Shown: piece after piece, positions 25,572-37,790 of the stretch
How positions within the stretch are numbered: the stretch's first letter is position 1
Layout: the number at the start of each line of letters is the position of its first letter
Assembly (NCBI RefSeq): GCF_001194135.2
Contig: NC_069000.1
Location: forward strand, 39,425,951 to 39,489,784
Direction of reading: 5' to 3'
Length of the DNA stretch: 63,834 nt
DNA from: Octopus bimaculoides
Taxonomy: Eukaryota
The notes under the pieces: model-generated
Database searches by the model: none
What the model saw: only the letters and a program-made list of their open reading frames with translations
Told to the model about the DNA's origin: nothing
Translations under genes and position numbers: made by a program

Positions 25572-26343
25572 CATTACACACAAACACACATATATTACAG
25601 ACATATGAGTTTGGATGTAAGTATGCATTGTTGATAATTGCTTTCTTCGACGCAATAGATAACTTCAACAATTTTCAGCCCTTTTTTTTCTTTTTACTGT
25701 TTTAATGTTCCTATTTTTAATATCACTACCGTAGGTTGCCATTTTCACGAGAACGAGGCGCTTATCAGCTAATGCACATTTTTGTAAATAAGTAAGTATA
25801 TACTTATACATGCACTTATTTTCGTGCACACACACACACACACAAACAAATATATATATATATATACACAAACATGCATATATCCATACATATATATGTG
25901 TGGATCGTGTATACGTATGCACATATGCGTGTGTATTAAGCTTGTATAATACTATATGAAAGAAATCTCTCATCTATGTTTGATCTTTAAGCACTACTTC
26001 AGTATTAAGGAATATATTAGCAAGCTCTCTGACTAATTCACAAAACTTAGTAATTGAGTTTCGTTGTCAGCTTTCAGCTTCACTTTTGTAAGCATTTTTA
26101 TAAAGTAGAGATTTATTATATTACTTCCCAGTAACATGTTATCTTCATAGTTATGTGCAGCGATGTGTTCCAAGAATATATTCCATATATGAAGGTAGGA
26201 ATAAGTTACTAATATTATAGGCCGTTTCTGTTGTCTCGTTCATCATTTTACCTATGTCACTTTTAATATTTAATGCTTAAATTTAAGAAATGACCCTTGA
26301 GTTTTATTCAGGTTCATTTCCTAGCGTGATATCCTTGATAAAT

Positions 26344-26704
26344 GTGGAGGCAGTGGTTAGGGCAGCGGACTCGCGGTCATAGGATCGAAGTTTCGATTCC
26401 CAGACCGGGCGTTGTGTGTGTCTTTATTGAGCGAAAACACCTAAAAGCTCCACAAGGCTCCGGCAGGGGATGGTAGTGAACCCTGCTGTACTGTTTCACA
26501 CTCTTACTTCCTGTTTTTGTTGTACCTGTAATTCAAAGGGTCAGCCTTGTCACACTGTGTCACGCTGAATCTCCCTGAGAACTACGTTAAGGGTACACGT
26601 GTCTGTGGAGTGCTCAGCCACTTGCACGTTAATTTCACGAGCAGGCTGTTCCGTTGATCGAATCAACTGGAACCCTCGACGTCGTAAGCGACGGAGTGCC
26701 AACA
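26344..26704 (+). mobile_element. SINE family B, full length with target-site duplication
   Basis: tRNA-like head (cagtggttagg; gtttcgattcc B-box); 13-bp flanking repeat atccttgataaat (26331-26343) / attcttgataaat (26705-26717). Confidence 0.92.
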
Positions 26705-27584
26705 ATTCTTGATAAATAGGAAATTCAGAAGCTACTCTATTAAAATTCATTTTCATTTATGGCTCATTGCATGTCGATGAAACAAATGTTACAGGGTATT
26801 TTCGGATATTAAATTATTTGACAGAAGGTAGCTGTGATATGTTTTGCATATGTAGAAACAATTAAATTAGCTGAGGAATGTCCAAAATCAATATCCATTT
26901 CTTGATTCAAGGTCACACTTTCCAAAACTGCTGCAACAGGTCGCAATGTTATATGTCATTACTTCTTGGAAACAAAATCTGAAGAATCATTTTTGTTTTC
27001 TTTCTTCACAAAGGAAATACGTTTAACCGTGTCATTCAATTGTAACTTCTCTCGTTTAAATACGTTTATTGCCAGATAACTTAATGTTATAAACCATTAA
27101 AGTCATAACATGCTTATTTATCTTCCTATCTGTGATATTTGCATAATTTCGTTCTCTCTTTCATTCATTTCCTCGCTCACATTCTTTCTGTCCCTCTTTC
27201 ATATTGATTATTAAGTAACGCTTTGCTATGTGATATTAACGCCTTTCGTACACCTATTTATGTATTCTTTGTTGCAAGAAATATCATGCTAGATAATACA
27301 ATATATACACAAGCATGGACGATATTATATTGTGAGAATGTTGCATTTATGTTTTTTGCAAGTCACTCAATTGCGTATTTGAGAATCAAGCATATAAGCA
27401 GCATATATATTGATGGCTGTGCCGCGTTACATTTCCTTCGTTCTTTTATATTATATTTAATACAGAGATCGCAGTAATAATCAGGATATTTTTGTATGTG
27501 TAATTTTAAATACTTAAAATTTAATCGAGGTATTCCTACATGTGTATAAATTGTTATTTATTCTAGGTTTTTTTTGTTATCTTT

Positions 27585-27744
27585 CATCTTTTACTTGTTT
27601 CAGTCATTTGAACAAATTGACCCTAGGATCTTTCTAATGCCTAGTACTTATTTCCTCGATCTCTTAGTTCGAACTGCCAAATTATGGGAACGTAAGCACA
27701 CCGATTCACAAGCAGTGATGGGGGAGGGGACAAACAGACACAAA

Positions 27745-27789
<45 letters not shown>

Positions 27790-27840
27790 GTATATATATA
27801 TATATATATATGGCAGGCTTCTTTCAGTTTCCGTCTAACA
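27585..27840 (-). mobile_element. SINE family C (carries an internal microsatellite), partial
   Basis: Tail cttttacttgtttcagtcatttga, (CA)n(TA)n insert, then ggcttctttcagtttccgtcta. Confidence 0.75.
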
Positions 27841-28310
27841 TATAGTTCTATATATGCTATGTATATATCTTATATATATACATGAGCATGTCAACGTGTT
27901 GGAACGGACTAGCAAGAGGGATTTTTTGTATAGTTCTTCTAACAATCAAACATTGTATAGTTGGAGGAGTGAGACCCGTAATTCCTCGGTTTTACAAAGC
28001 TGTGTTTCATTATTTTCAGTATTTTTGTAACATCCATCGTGGTGTAATTCTACTGTCTGTACTTAAAGATGAAGTTAAGTGCATTGTGCTTCCATACAAT
28101 CCAACGTTTAAAATTTCCCGTTTTTATTATTGTACGTTATCCTGATGTAATAGATATACGGAAGGAAATATTCTATAAACATTAACTTACATATTACATG
28201 ATATTAAGTTTCTTTCTGAATTCGTTCTAAACGATGATTAGAATGTAATACACACCGAACAAAATGCTTGAATATCACTTATCGCGGTATGGATAATATA
28301 GAATGCTCAA

Positions 28311-28500
28311 TCGGTTTCAAACTTGGCATGAGGCACAGTTTCGGGAAAGGTGTAAAACGATTACATCGACCCCAATGTTCAACTGGTACTTATTTCATAG
28401 ACCCAGAAAAGATGAAAGGCAAAGTCCACCTGAGGTGAATTTGAACTCAGAACGTAAAGACGGACCAAATACTGTTAAGTATTTTGTGCTGCGTACGAAC
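28311..28500 (-). mobile_element. SINE family A, diverged
   Basis: cgattacatcgacccc...gatgaaaggcaaagtc...aatttgaactcagaacgtaaagac. Confidence 0.8.
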
Positions 28501-29443
28501 GATCAGATTAATGTCCAGAATGAACCAGGATCACTTGATTCGAGGATCTAGATGATTTAGATCTCATATAGAAGCAGTTGTTGAAGCTGAAGGTGGTTTT
28601 ATTGAATAAAATTATAGAAAAGCAGGCTTATTTTTATCCTCATAGCACTTTTTGAGAAATAAATTTATTATCTATTCTTTATAAACATAAAGCTGTCCTT
28701 AAATATCATACGCACCCTGTACACTTAAAAGTAGGCAAACATAAATAGTGAAACAGTTACAGAGACTGTCAAATATTGAGCAAGTATGAAGAATATAAGT
28801 CGGGAAACATACAAGGTGATACAGCTATAAGCATTTTACAGTAACACAATAGAGACAAAACGACAAAGTATATGAGTTACATATGCATAATTAATTCATA
28901 TTTAGCGTCTGTTTAGTCAATAATTTGCTTGTGTCTATTTCTAGACTGTTGCGTGTGGCGACGTAGAAGGGGCGGACATGGTTATAGATAATGTTACATG
29001 CGGGCATGTTCGTGTATGTGTCTCGCCTACGCTAGAGCACAAGTCAGTGATGGGTGTATTCGTGGAGGAGTAAAGTTGACTCCAAGCATCTGGACCAACT
29101 TCGCGCGAGCATGAAGGCACGCATGCAAAACGTTGCTTCTCTAAATGGAAAACGTACGTGTCATTCCGGTTGGTTTTGTGGCACGAAGCAAAGCAGGCTT
29201 TTCCCTTCACTGAAGGAAACACTTAGTAAATGATCCGCAATCACTCAAACAATCCGAGTATTCAACTTGTTCAATTTCGCCAAAAGTTTGCAAGGCACCA
29301 GCAGGCTTCAAGAGAAGACATTCGTGTCCATAGAACATGATTACCACTTCATTTTACTGAACCTTCATTTGTCGTTCACAGTCAGAGAATCCATCATATA
29401 TATATATATATACATATGACAGTCTGTTAAAGTTTGTCATACC

Positions 29444-29483
29444 GGCCATGACGAAGAGAAATAGCCCTGAAACTCGAGTCGCC
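29444..29483 (+). ncRNA. Minimal type-I hammerhead-ribozyme-like motif with palindromic loop III
   Basis: GGC-C(a)TGACGA-AGAG-aaatag-CCCT-GAAAC-TCGA-GTC-GCC: helix I GGC/GCC, helix II with one mismatch, UCGA loop, GUC triplet; 1-nt insertion in the core. Confidence 0.55.
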
Positions 29484-30275
29484 TTTATATATTTATATTT
29501 ATATATTTGATCCTTTATATTGAACACTCAATATTTCATCTACATTCAATACTTTCTTTCATGGTGCCATCCATTTTTATTTTATTTTATTTTATATTAT
29601 ATATTGTATATTCCATATTCTATACCCCACATTGGTTCTGCAGGAATATAAATAAAACATGAAAAAGAGACAGTGTTGGAACTCTTTTAAACAANNNNNN
29701 NNNNNNNNNNNNNNNNNNNNNNNNNNNNNNNNNNNNNNNNNNNNNNNNNNNNNNNNNNNNNNNNNNNNNNNNNNNNNNNNNNNNNNNNNNNNNNNNNNNN
29801 NNNNNNNNNNNNNNNNNNNNNNNNNNNNNNNNNNNNNNNNNNNNNNNNNNNNNNNNNNNNNNNNNNNNNNNNNNNNNNNNNNNNNNNNNNNNNNNNNNNN
29901 NNNNNNNNNNNNNNNNNNNNNNNNNNNNNNNNNNNNNNNNNNNNNNNNNNNNNNNNNNNNNNNNNNNNNNNNNNNNNNNNNNNNNNNNNNNNNNNNNNNN
30001 NNNNNNNNNNNNNNNNNNNNNNNNNNNNNNNNNNNNNNNNNNNNNNNNNNNNNNNNNNNNNNNNNNNNNNNNNNNNNNNNNNNNNNNNNNNNNNNNNNNN
30101 NNNNNNNNNNNNNNNNNNNNNNNNNNNNNNNNNNNNNNNNNNNNNNNNNNNNNNNNNNNNNNNNNNNNNNNNNNNNNNNNNNNNNNNNNNNNNNNNNNNN
30201 NNNNNNNNNNNNNNNNNNNNNNNNNNNNNNNNNNNNNNNNNNNNNNNNNNNNNNNNNNNNNNNNNNNNNNNNNNN

Positions 30276-30320
<45 letters not shown>

Positions 30321-31360
30321 ACATTCTTCTCGTATGATTGACTTTTAAGTCAGTCAGATGCGATGATAATATCGTTGCGAATAAAAACTATTATCTTAGC
30401 TTCCATTCATTTCTATACTGTTTTGATATCACTTTGTCCCCTCAGCCATAGACAACTCGGACTAAAGAAGTTCTCAAGATAACGAAGCGTTTTGTCATTA
30501 CTTCAGTAGCCTGACCTTTTGCTGGTGCGTGTTGATATCTGTCAACCTATAATAAATCGTCATACGCATGGTGAAAATATTAAGAATTAATTGGCAAACC
30601 GTTGTTTTGATTGTAGCTGTTCTACATATAAATATCACTAACATTAATAATATATTGACATGAAATTAAAACAGTTTTTCCAAGTAATAATTCCATATCA
30701 TCACTTTCTTTCGCGTTTTATTCATTAATACTTTAATTAGCTATTCTTATACAATCTAACTCATTTCCTGTGTCTGCTATCTTCTACTAATGAGTTTACG
30801 TTACCATCATAGTTAAACATCCACACAGTTATTAATGCAAGTGTAGTTGACATTATCGAAAGTAGATTTGAAAAGTGCAATGACATAAAATGACATTTTT
30901 ATAATAAATTACGTAATTCCCAAATGATTTCACTCAATATTACAAACTTCGCACAACGTATCATACAGTACTGAAAATTATAAATTATTCTACCATGATT
31001 AATTAATTATTCTCATTTATCTGCCTGATTATAAGTTAACTCATTCTAAACAATATTGTGATATCTCTAAGCATTGAGATGCACTTTGATATTCCCTTCA
31101 TTGTATTAAATTTTAATGTTTTGTTTTAATAACCTCTCATGTTATTTTATCATCTTTCTTTTAAATGTATATATCATTTGCATTATAACTCATTTCCCAT
31201 ATAAGATTTATGAATTGCTCTGTGCATTACTCTTTAATTACGACGTAAAATATTGATTGTCGTAAATGAGTAAAGTAATCTATTTACAAGTATGAGTGTG
31301 TATTATATAATATTATATTATATTATATTATATTATATTATGTTATATTATATTATATTA

Positions 31361-31570
31361 AAGCGGTGAGCTGACAGAATCGTTAGGACGCTGGGCAAAT
31401 TACTTAGCAGTATTTTTCCTGTCGCTACGGTCTAAGTTGAAAGTCCGCCGAGGTCGACTTTACCTTTCATTCTTTCGGGGTTGAAGTACCAGTTGAGTAC
31501 TAGGGTTGATGTAATGGGACTTATCCCCTCCCCAACAAAATGCTGCCCTTGTGGAAAAATTTAAAACTAT
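31361..31570 (+). mobile_element. SINE family A
   Basis: Full head-to-tail match; sits directly after a (TATAT)n run. Confidence 0.85.
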
Positions 31571-31572
31571 AA

Positions 31573-31770
31573 GAGTGGCGAGGTGGCGGAATCGTTACCA
31601 CACCGGGCGAAATCCTTAGCGGTATTCCGTCTGCCACTACGTTCTGAGTTCAAATTCCGCAGAGATTGACTTTGCCTTTCATACATTCGCGATCGATAAA
31701 TTAAGTACCAGTGAAATACTGGGATTGATGTAGTCGACTAGTCTTCACCACGCCCTAAATTTCAGATGAA
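31573..31770 (+). mobile_element. SINE family A (tandem to the previous copy)
   Basis: gtggcgaggtggcggaatcgtt...gagttcaaattccgc...gataaattaagtaccag. Confidence 0.82.
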
Positions 31771-31949
31771 GTAGAAAGGATTATATTATATGATATAGAC
31801 GATAAAATGTCAGCAGGTATACCGCTGATGATGTGATTTCATCGATTAGATTTCTTGGATTTCAGCTGTATGAAGCGCTGTATTATGCTTATTTGTATTG
31901 GAGATGAGGTCACTATTGTCCGGCCAGTTGCAAGGTCCCTCATGAGTTA

Positions 31950-32030
31950 ACTGATACCATGGAAACTGAAAGAAGCCCGTCATAGGTATGTATGCATATA
32001 TATATATATATATATATATATGCATCTCCG
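31950..32030 (+). mobile_element. SINE family C fragment
   Basis: ggaaactgaaagaagcccgtc followed by a (TA)n run. Confidence 0.6.
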
Positions 32031-32544
32031 CTTTTGTCTCTATGTTTAGCATACTTTTACATTGTCAAAAACCATTTCCATATGTATCCAAAGTCGATAC
32101 GAACGTTTCATTTATTTCTCCTTTCTATTTCAACAGTATACAAAGTTCATTTTGCTTCTCTGCGTGTATTTTTTTCCAAATCATGCTGCTTCGTTATCTC
32201 AACAAAACCTATGTTTATAATCCTCGCAGCGATATTGTAGCAATTATCAAACTAATTCTTTCTACACTTATGAAAATATGAAAATACCAGCTGTAATCGT
32301 GTTTCAATTGTGTAATTAGGTGAGCCAATTTCGGTTGCTACATCAATGGAATCAGCAGCATTTCGTTAGATAATTGTACAGTTTCTTTTGTATGTTTGTT
32401 TTATTTTTATTACAAATCCTTACCTCTTGTAACCTTGTCTCACGTATAATAATAAGTGTTTTTCAATAGGTGTTTTATATTAAATCTTCTCCAATTTTTT
32501 ACACAATTAACACTGATGGTATGCGTTTGAATTATTTTGTTCTG

Positions 32545-32760
32545 GAAGGTGGGAAGCTGGCTGAATCGTTAGCGCGTCGAACAAAATTCTTGACAGTATT
32601 TCTTCTGGCTTTACGTCTTGCATTCAAATTCCGCTGGGACTGACTGTGTCATTTGTCCTACTGGATACGATAAAATAAGTAACATTTGGACGCTGGAGTC
32701 GATCTAATTGGTCATCATCTTCTCCAAGACTGCAAGTCTTTCACATATAAGAGAAAGAGT
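32545..32760 (+). mobile_element. SINE family A, old copy
   Basis: gaagctggctgaatcgttagc...ttcaaattccgc...gataaaataagta...gagtcgatctaat. Confidence 0.72.
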
Positions 32761-32885
32761 TCTCTGTGTTATTTCCTCTAATTTCTTTACTTGGCATTTA
32801 GAAGTATGTGGTGAAAATGGTGTTGGGATATATAACGTAACGAAGCAGAGGGAAAGAAATATTTACAAGACACATTACTATTACT

Positions 32886-33101
32886 TATTTCTTTATTACC
32901 CACAAGGGGCTAAACATAGAGGGAACAAACAAGGGTATTAAGTCGATTACATCGGTCCCAGTGCGTAACTGGTACTTTATTTATCGACCACGAAAGGATG
33001 AAAGGTAAAGTCGACCTCAGCGGAATTTAAACTCAGAACGTAACGGCAGACGAAATACCGCTAAGCATTTTGCCCGGCGCGTTAACGTTTCTGCCAGCTC
33101 G
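32886..33101 (-). mobile_element. SINE family A with an alternative 3' tail and TSD
   Basis: Head and body match family A, but the tail ttatttctttattacccacaaggggctaaacatagaggg differs; 13-bp repeat cattactattact at 32873-32885 and 33102-33114. Confidence 0.88.
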
Positions 33102-33781
33102 CATTACTATTACTATTACACGAAACTCAACGCTCTCGTTCACAGCTCACAATGAACTACTTAACAAACCGAACTGATGACGCTTCGGCAGTTGTCTATT
33201 GAATAGAAATATCTCAGTCCACTTTTAGTCACATGGAAGTGGTCGGAATCCTTCCATAACCAAGTACCTTCTATGATCGATATGATCGACTACAATTCAT
33301 GAAGGCAATATCTACACTTGGGAACATCAAGAGTCACGGCATATCTGTGTTTGAAATATCTATTATCATTCAAGTGTTATGCTATTCTTTCGCTGCCTGA
33401 AACCCGATGTCATATCATATCACTTGCGAAACGAAATAAGATGCCACATGACAAAACCTAATCGTACGATCGATTATTCGCCATCCAATACATGAATATC
33501 TTCAGGACATTGACTATAAACACATTTTATGGTAAAAGGTATACTATTAAGTTTGCGTATTACTAAATCAACACTTGATTCTGAAATCATTCTCCCAGAT
33601 GCACAATGATTACCTGCAGATGTCATCGGTTACCTTAACAAAATATTCCTGCTGTCGTTTTCAGTCAAATGAAGACAAGCACGACAACGCAAATCAAGAG
33701 CTTCCCATACTACGCGCTCTTCTTTAGTGACACCAGAATTCATGTTGAGATGCGTGCACATGCACTTATATATGCACACAG

Positions 33782-33828
<47 letters not shown>

Positions 33829-33838
33829 GTATATATAT

Positions 33839-34003
33839 ACTCTTTTACTGCTTTACTTGCTTCAGTTATTTGAGTGTGGCTCTGCTGAGCACCACATTTA
33901 ATAGAATAAATCAACCCCATGACTTATACTTTGTAAGCCTAGTACTCGATTCTGTCGATCTCTTTTTGCCGAACCGCTAAGTGACGGGGACGTAAACAAA
34001 TAA
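33839..34003 (-). mobile_element. SINE family C, 3' tail fragment
   Basis: tttgtaagcctagtact...tttgccgaaccgctaagtgacggggacgtaaac, matching 60985-61130. Confidence 0.8.
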
Positions 34004-34859
34004 AAGAATATATACTATTCTGTTGGCCAATTAAAAGAACTACCGATATTGATTGACCATGTAATTCTTCTTAGTATATTTTATTTGTCATCTAAAATGT
34101 CTTGAACGCATCCAAACCTGATCGAGTCATCTGTGATATTAGAACAGAGAGCTTCATACTTGTTAATAATTTGCTAAATATATATTATTTGCTTTCACAT
34201 CTGACGCTGTCGATGGTATTTTAATAATAAATATTAGATATTTATTAAATGTTAGACCTCGTCACTCTCTATGTTATATTCAGTTCATCTCATGTCATTC
34301 GCACTCGATTTTCAGTATCTGCATATATTGAATTCGGAATAATATTGGTTAATTATATGATTTATGAAATGCCCAGCAATATTGTTATTTATTTTCATAC
34401 GTAAAATATTGGGAAATATCAACTTTAGATCTGATGAATTTAGTTAACATCTATTCTGTTAAATGGAGATTTCATATAATGGAAGATGATACATCGTAGA
34501 ATCTATTGTCCCGATTTATCTTCAAATATAATAGAATTTTAAAAAGTATTTATTATCATATATTTGAGAAAACATTTGCTATAGTTCTATGCTTAATAAG
34601 TTTGCTCTCCAAATATGCATTTGTGTTTTTGTAGCATGGCAATGTACATTTTCCACAAAGCTATGTTATTAAACTGAAAGACATTCAAATATATAAAATC
34701 TAAAAGTTCGTTAAGTAAGGATAAGGTTGTAAGTATCTGTCATTTATTACATGTTTCATTCATTGGAATGCAACCATGCTAGCGAAAAATCTTGAACAGT
34801 TTATACGTACAGATAGACCCTACAACATCTATTTCAAACGTGGCATTTATTTTCTGGTA

Positions 34860-35140
34860 CCTTTTTGCCGAAGTACTTAAGTTACGGGTACGTAGGCAAC
34901 CCGATAGTGGTTTTCGTGAAGGACACACGCAAATATAGAGACGCAAACACACATACATGCACACACGCACACACACAGACACAGACATACACACATGCAC
35001 ATACACACACAACGGTCAGTTTTGAATTTCCGCCACACAAATGCACTCACTAGGCTCTGATCCACCCAGGCTTAGGGTAAACGACAGTTGCCCAATCAGC
35101 CAGGCAGTGTGACTAAAGCCGTAGTCATGTTTTTGAGTTG
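34860..35140 (-). mobile_element. SINE family C, old copy with internal (CA)n
   Basis: gccgaagtacttaagttacggg, CA-rich insert, cagttttgaatttccgccacacaaatgcactcactaggc. Confidence 0.55.
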
Positions 35141-35591
35141 CAAATTTCTTACCACGCAGTCAAACCTGCACCTGAAGTTGCATTTAGTATTATTAATGCA
35201 CGAAATATACGTCAAGTTTTCTAGTTCCATATTTGATGGATTAATATGGATAGTTAAGTATGCAAAGTACAGGAGAATCAAACGAACTCGAGCACATTTA
35301 ATTGTTATAAACCGCATTGTAGATTAATTGCACAAAACTCTTTTGCCTTTAATCATATCTAAGTTATAAGCAGCAAACCGACCATTTTCAATTTGAAACG
35401 AAACTGTATCTTAACAAATAAGCTCTCCACTAACTGTGAAAATCGTCTCTGAGGTGACACTTGCCTTATTCTCTCCACATGCATAATATATTATCAATGT
35501 GTTTTCGTTATTTTGTGACCCACACTGTGGCATTTTAATTTGTAAATTTACTTTAGTTCTGCATTAAGCTGTACTGTGCATTATATATATA

Positions 35592-35609
35592 AGATCGGAA
35601 GAGCGTCGT
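35592..35609 (+). other. Illumina adapter remnant (assembly artefact)
   Basis: AGATCGGAAGAGCGTCGT, the TruSeq adapter start, lies immediately before gap 35610-35728. Confidence 0.95.
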
Positions 35610-35804
35610 NNNNNNNNNNNNNNNNNNNNNNNNNNNNNNNNNNNNNNNNNNNNNNNNNNNNNNNNNNNNNNNNNNNNNNNNNNNNNNNNNNNNNNNNNNN
35701 NNNNNNNNNNNNNNNNNNNNNNNNNNNNATATATATATATATATATATACGTATATTGCGTTGGGGCTAATAGTAAAGTATAAGCATCAATCTCAGCCAA
35801 GGAC

Positions 35805-35900
35805 AAACTGGATAATAAGCACCAATGGAACACTCCCTGTCGACAACTCCACACCCAAATTTCCTCCCAATTTCATGTGTTGTGCCTACAGTAGAAAAGT
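35805..35900 (+). mobile_element. SINE family A, 3' fragment
   Basis: ggataataagcacca...cccaaatttc...ttgtgcctacagtagaaaag tail. Confidence 0.55.
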
Positions 35901-37039
35901 AGAAGGAATTAGCATGTGCTGCAATCGTCCTTAGACTAGAAAAGTATAGAATGTTCAAAATCGAATTCGTATATTTTTTTCTTCTGTGACACACACAAAC
36001 ATATATATCATTTACATAGGATTTTTAAAATATGAAACAGCCTAACCTAGATATTTTTTTTTTTTCATTTCTAAGATTTCCTTGTCTTTAAATGCCATTG
36101 AATGTTACATATAAGAATTTACGAAAACAGAAACAGGGTAGAATAAAACAAAAATTTATGGGAAGCGCAAAAATTGAGCACCAGTAAAATAACATTGCTT
36201 TAACATTCTCATATCTGTTACTTTTTGTTATTAAATGTGATAAATATTAATAGAATGATGATTATTGTTATTTTAGAATAATGTCAAAATTTTTTTTAAA
36301 CTTAATTCTGCCGTTCGATAGTTTGGCAGACGAAGTCCTGGGTTGTGTCTCCGAGGTCCCCAGACCTATCTACCCTGAGTTTTTCCTAGGGGAGCATCCT
36401 AAGTCTGTTGTCTATACAACCCGTCCCAAGTGTTGAGTAATTAAAACATAATATAAGAATTCATTGTGCAACGAATAATACTGAACTTTTGTATAATACA
36501 CAAAATTCTCATTGGTTTCATTTCCATAAATCTAATGAATATGAGGAAAATGATTTTGAACAATTATTCTAACCATTTTTGTTTATTATTGGCAGCGGGG
36601 AGGGAATTTATAATTTTGTAACGTATATGATATAAGACCATGACAAAACATCACGAAATATATATTTATAAATTTCTTCTTGTGTTTGTCTTTTCTATAA
36701 GTTGGTAAATTTATATATTTACGCATAAGCATATCGAGACAGTCAGTATGTTTCATCCGTATGTGATTCTATGTATGAATTTATATATTTTTGTGTGTTC
36801 CTTTGTGTCTATGAATAAACATAAATATGGACATCAATCTGTCTACCGGACTATCTACTTATTATGTATCGTTCTATTGATCTATCTTTGTCTGTCTCAT
36901 TCTGCCCTGTTATATATGCGTAAATGCGCGCGTGATTGTATTTATTATGTATGCATAGAAATATATGCGTCTTTTGATGTAGTAAGTCTGTATAAAGCAC
37001 ACCTTCACCACTATAACACAGACGTAATATAATTCTGGT

Positions 37040-37440
37040 TGGCGAATTATGCAAAATAATCATGGAATTATATAGAAAAAGAAGTATTTATTTTCCAAAA
37101 TAACTATTTCATGTCAGATGTCAGTTCTTACCAACGAAAATCCGGAAGTGAAACAGAGACGAAAGTCGTCCCAGTCTATGCAAATTTAGTTTCGGGTTAC
37201 TTGGAAATTACAATGTATAAAGAATCGCTGAGAAAATATGGAAACTCTTTCTGTGAATATATAAAAAGATAAGATTGAGGGAGAAATTTATCGGTGATTG
37301 CATTATTATTAGAAATGAAATCATGAATAAGTTAAATGAATTTATAATAATACTTCATGGAATATAAAATGATAGTCAATTCACTGTGGAACACAGTATA
37401 GAAAAAAAAAGAGCAATCATATCTAGATATTTATTAATAG
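37040..37440 (+). mobile_element. Penelope-like element, reverse transcriptase remnant
   Basis: From 37099: NNYFMSDVSSYQRKSGSETETKVVPVYANLVSGYLEITMY, then KFIGDCIII...LNEF...QFTVEHS...YLDI; matches the PLE RT pattern NNYF..Q..G.AMG...AP.YANL.MGYLE / RYLDD / FT.E...FLD. Confidence 0.8.
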
Positions 37441-37445
37441 AAGTT

Positions 37446-37790
37446 AGGCGCATGCGTAGGTGAGTGTTAAGAAGATTGTTTCCTAGCCATATATTTCCGA
37501 GTTCAGGTCCACGCCTTCTACTATAGCCTTGGGCCCATCAAAATCATTTGAGGGGATCGCATAGACGAAACCTGAAGGAAGTCAGAGGTTTCTATGCATA
37601 TATATGTGCGTGCGTGTGTGTGTGTGTGTGTGTGCATGTGTATGTGTGTCTACGTATGCGTGTGTGTGTGTGGGTGTGTGTGTGTGTGCATGTGTATGTG
37701 TGTCTACGTATGCGTGTGTGTGTGTGTGCTTGCCTGCGTGTGTGCGTGCGTCCGTTCCTGCGTGAGTATGTGCGTGTGCGTGTGTCTTTC
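37446..37790 (+). mobile_element. SINE family C, diverged 5' half plus expanded microsatellite
   Basis: aggcgcatgcgtaggtg...cttctactatagccttgggcc..., then a TG-rich array with a 54-bp internal duplication (37634/37688). Confidence 0.65.

Noticed and set aside
26344-26410. tRNA gene
   Set aside because: This is a SINE head: the A-box region is partly deleted, there is no acceptor stem, and it continues into a SINE body with a TSD.
33174-33195. ctgatgacgcttcggcag, a hammerhead-like start with a UUCG loop
   Set aside because: No GAAA after helix II.
37140-37150. ETS motif CCGGAAGTG
   Set aside because: Lies inside the Penelope RT remnant; no promoter context.
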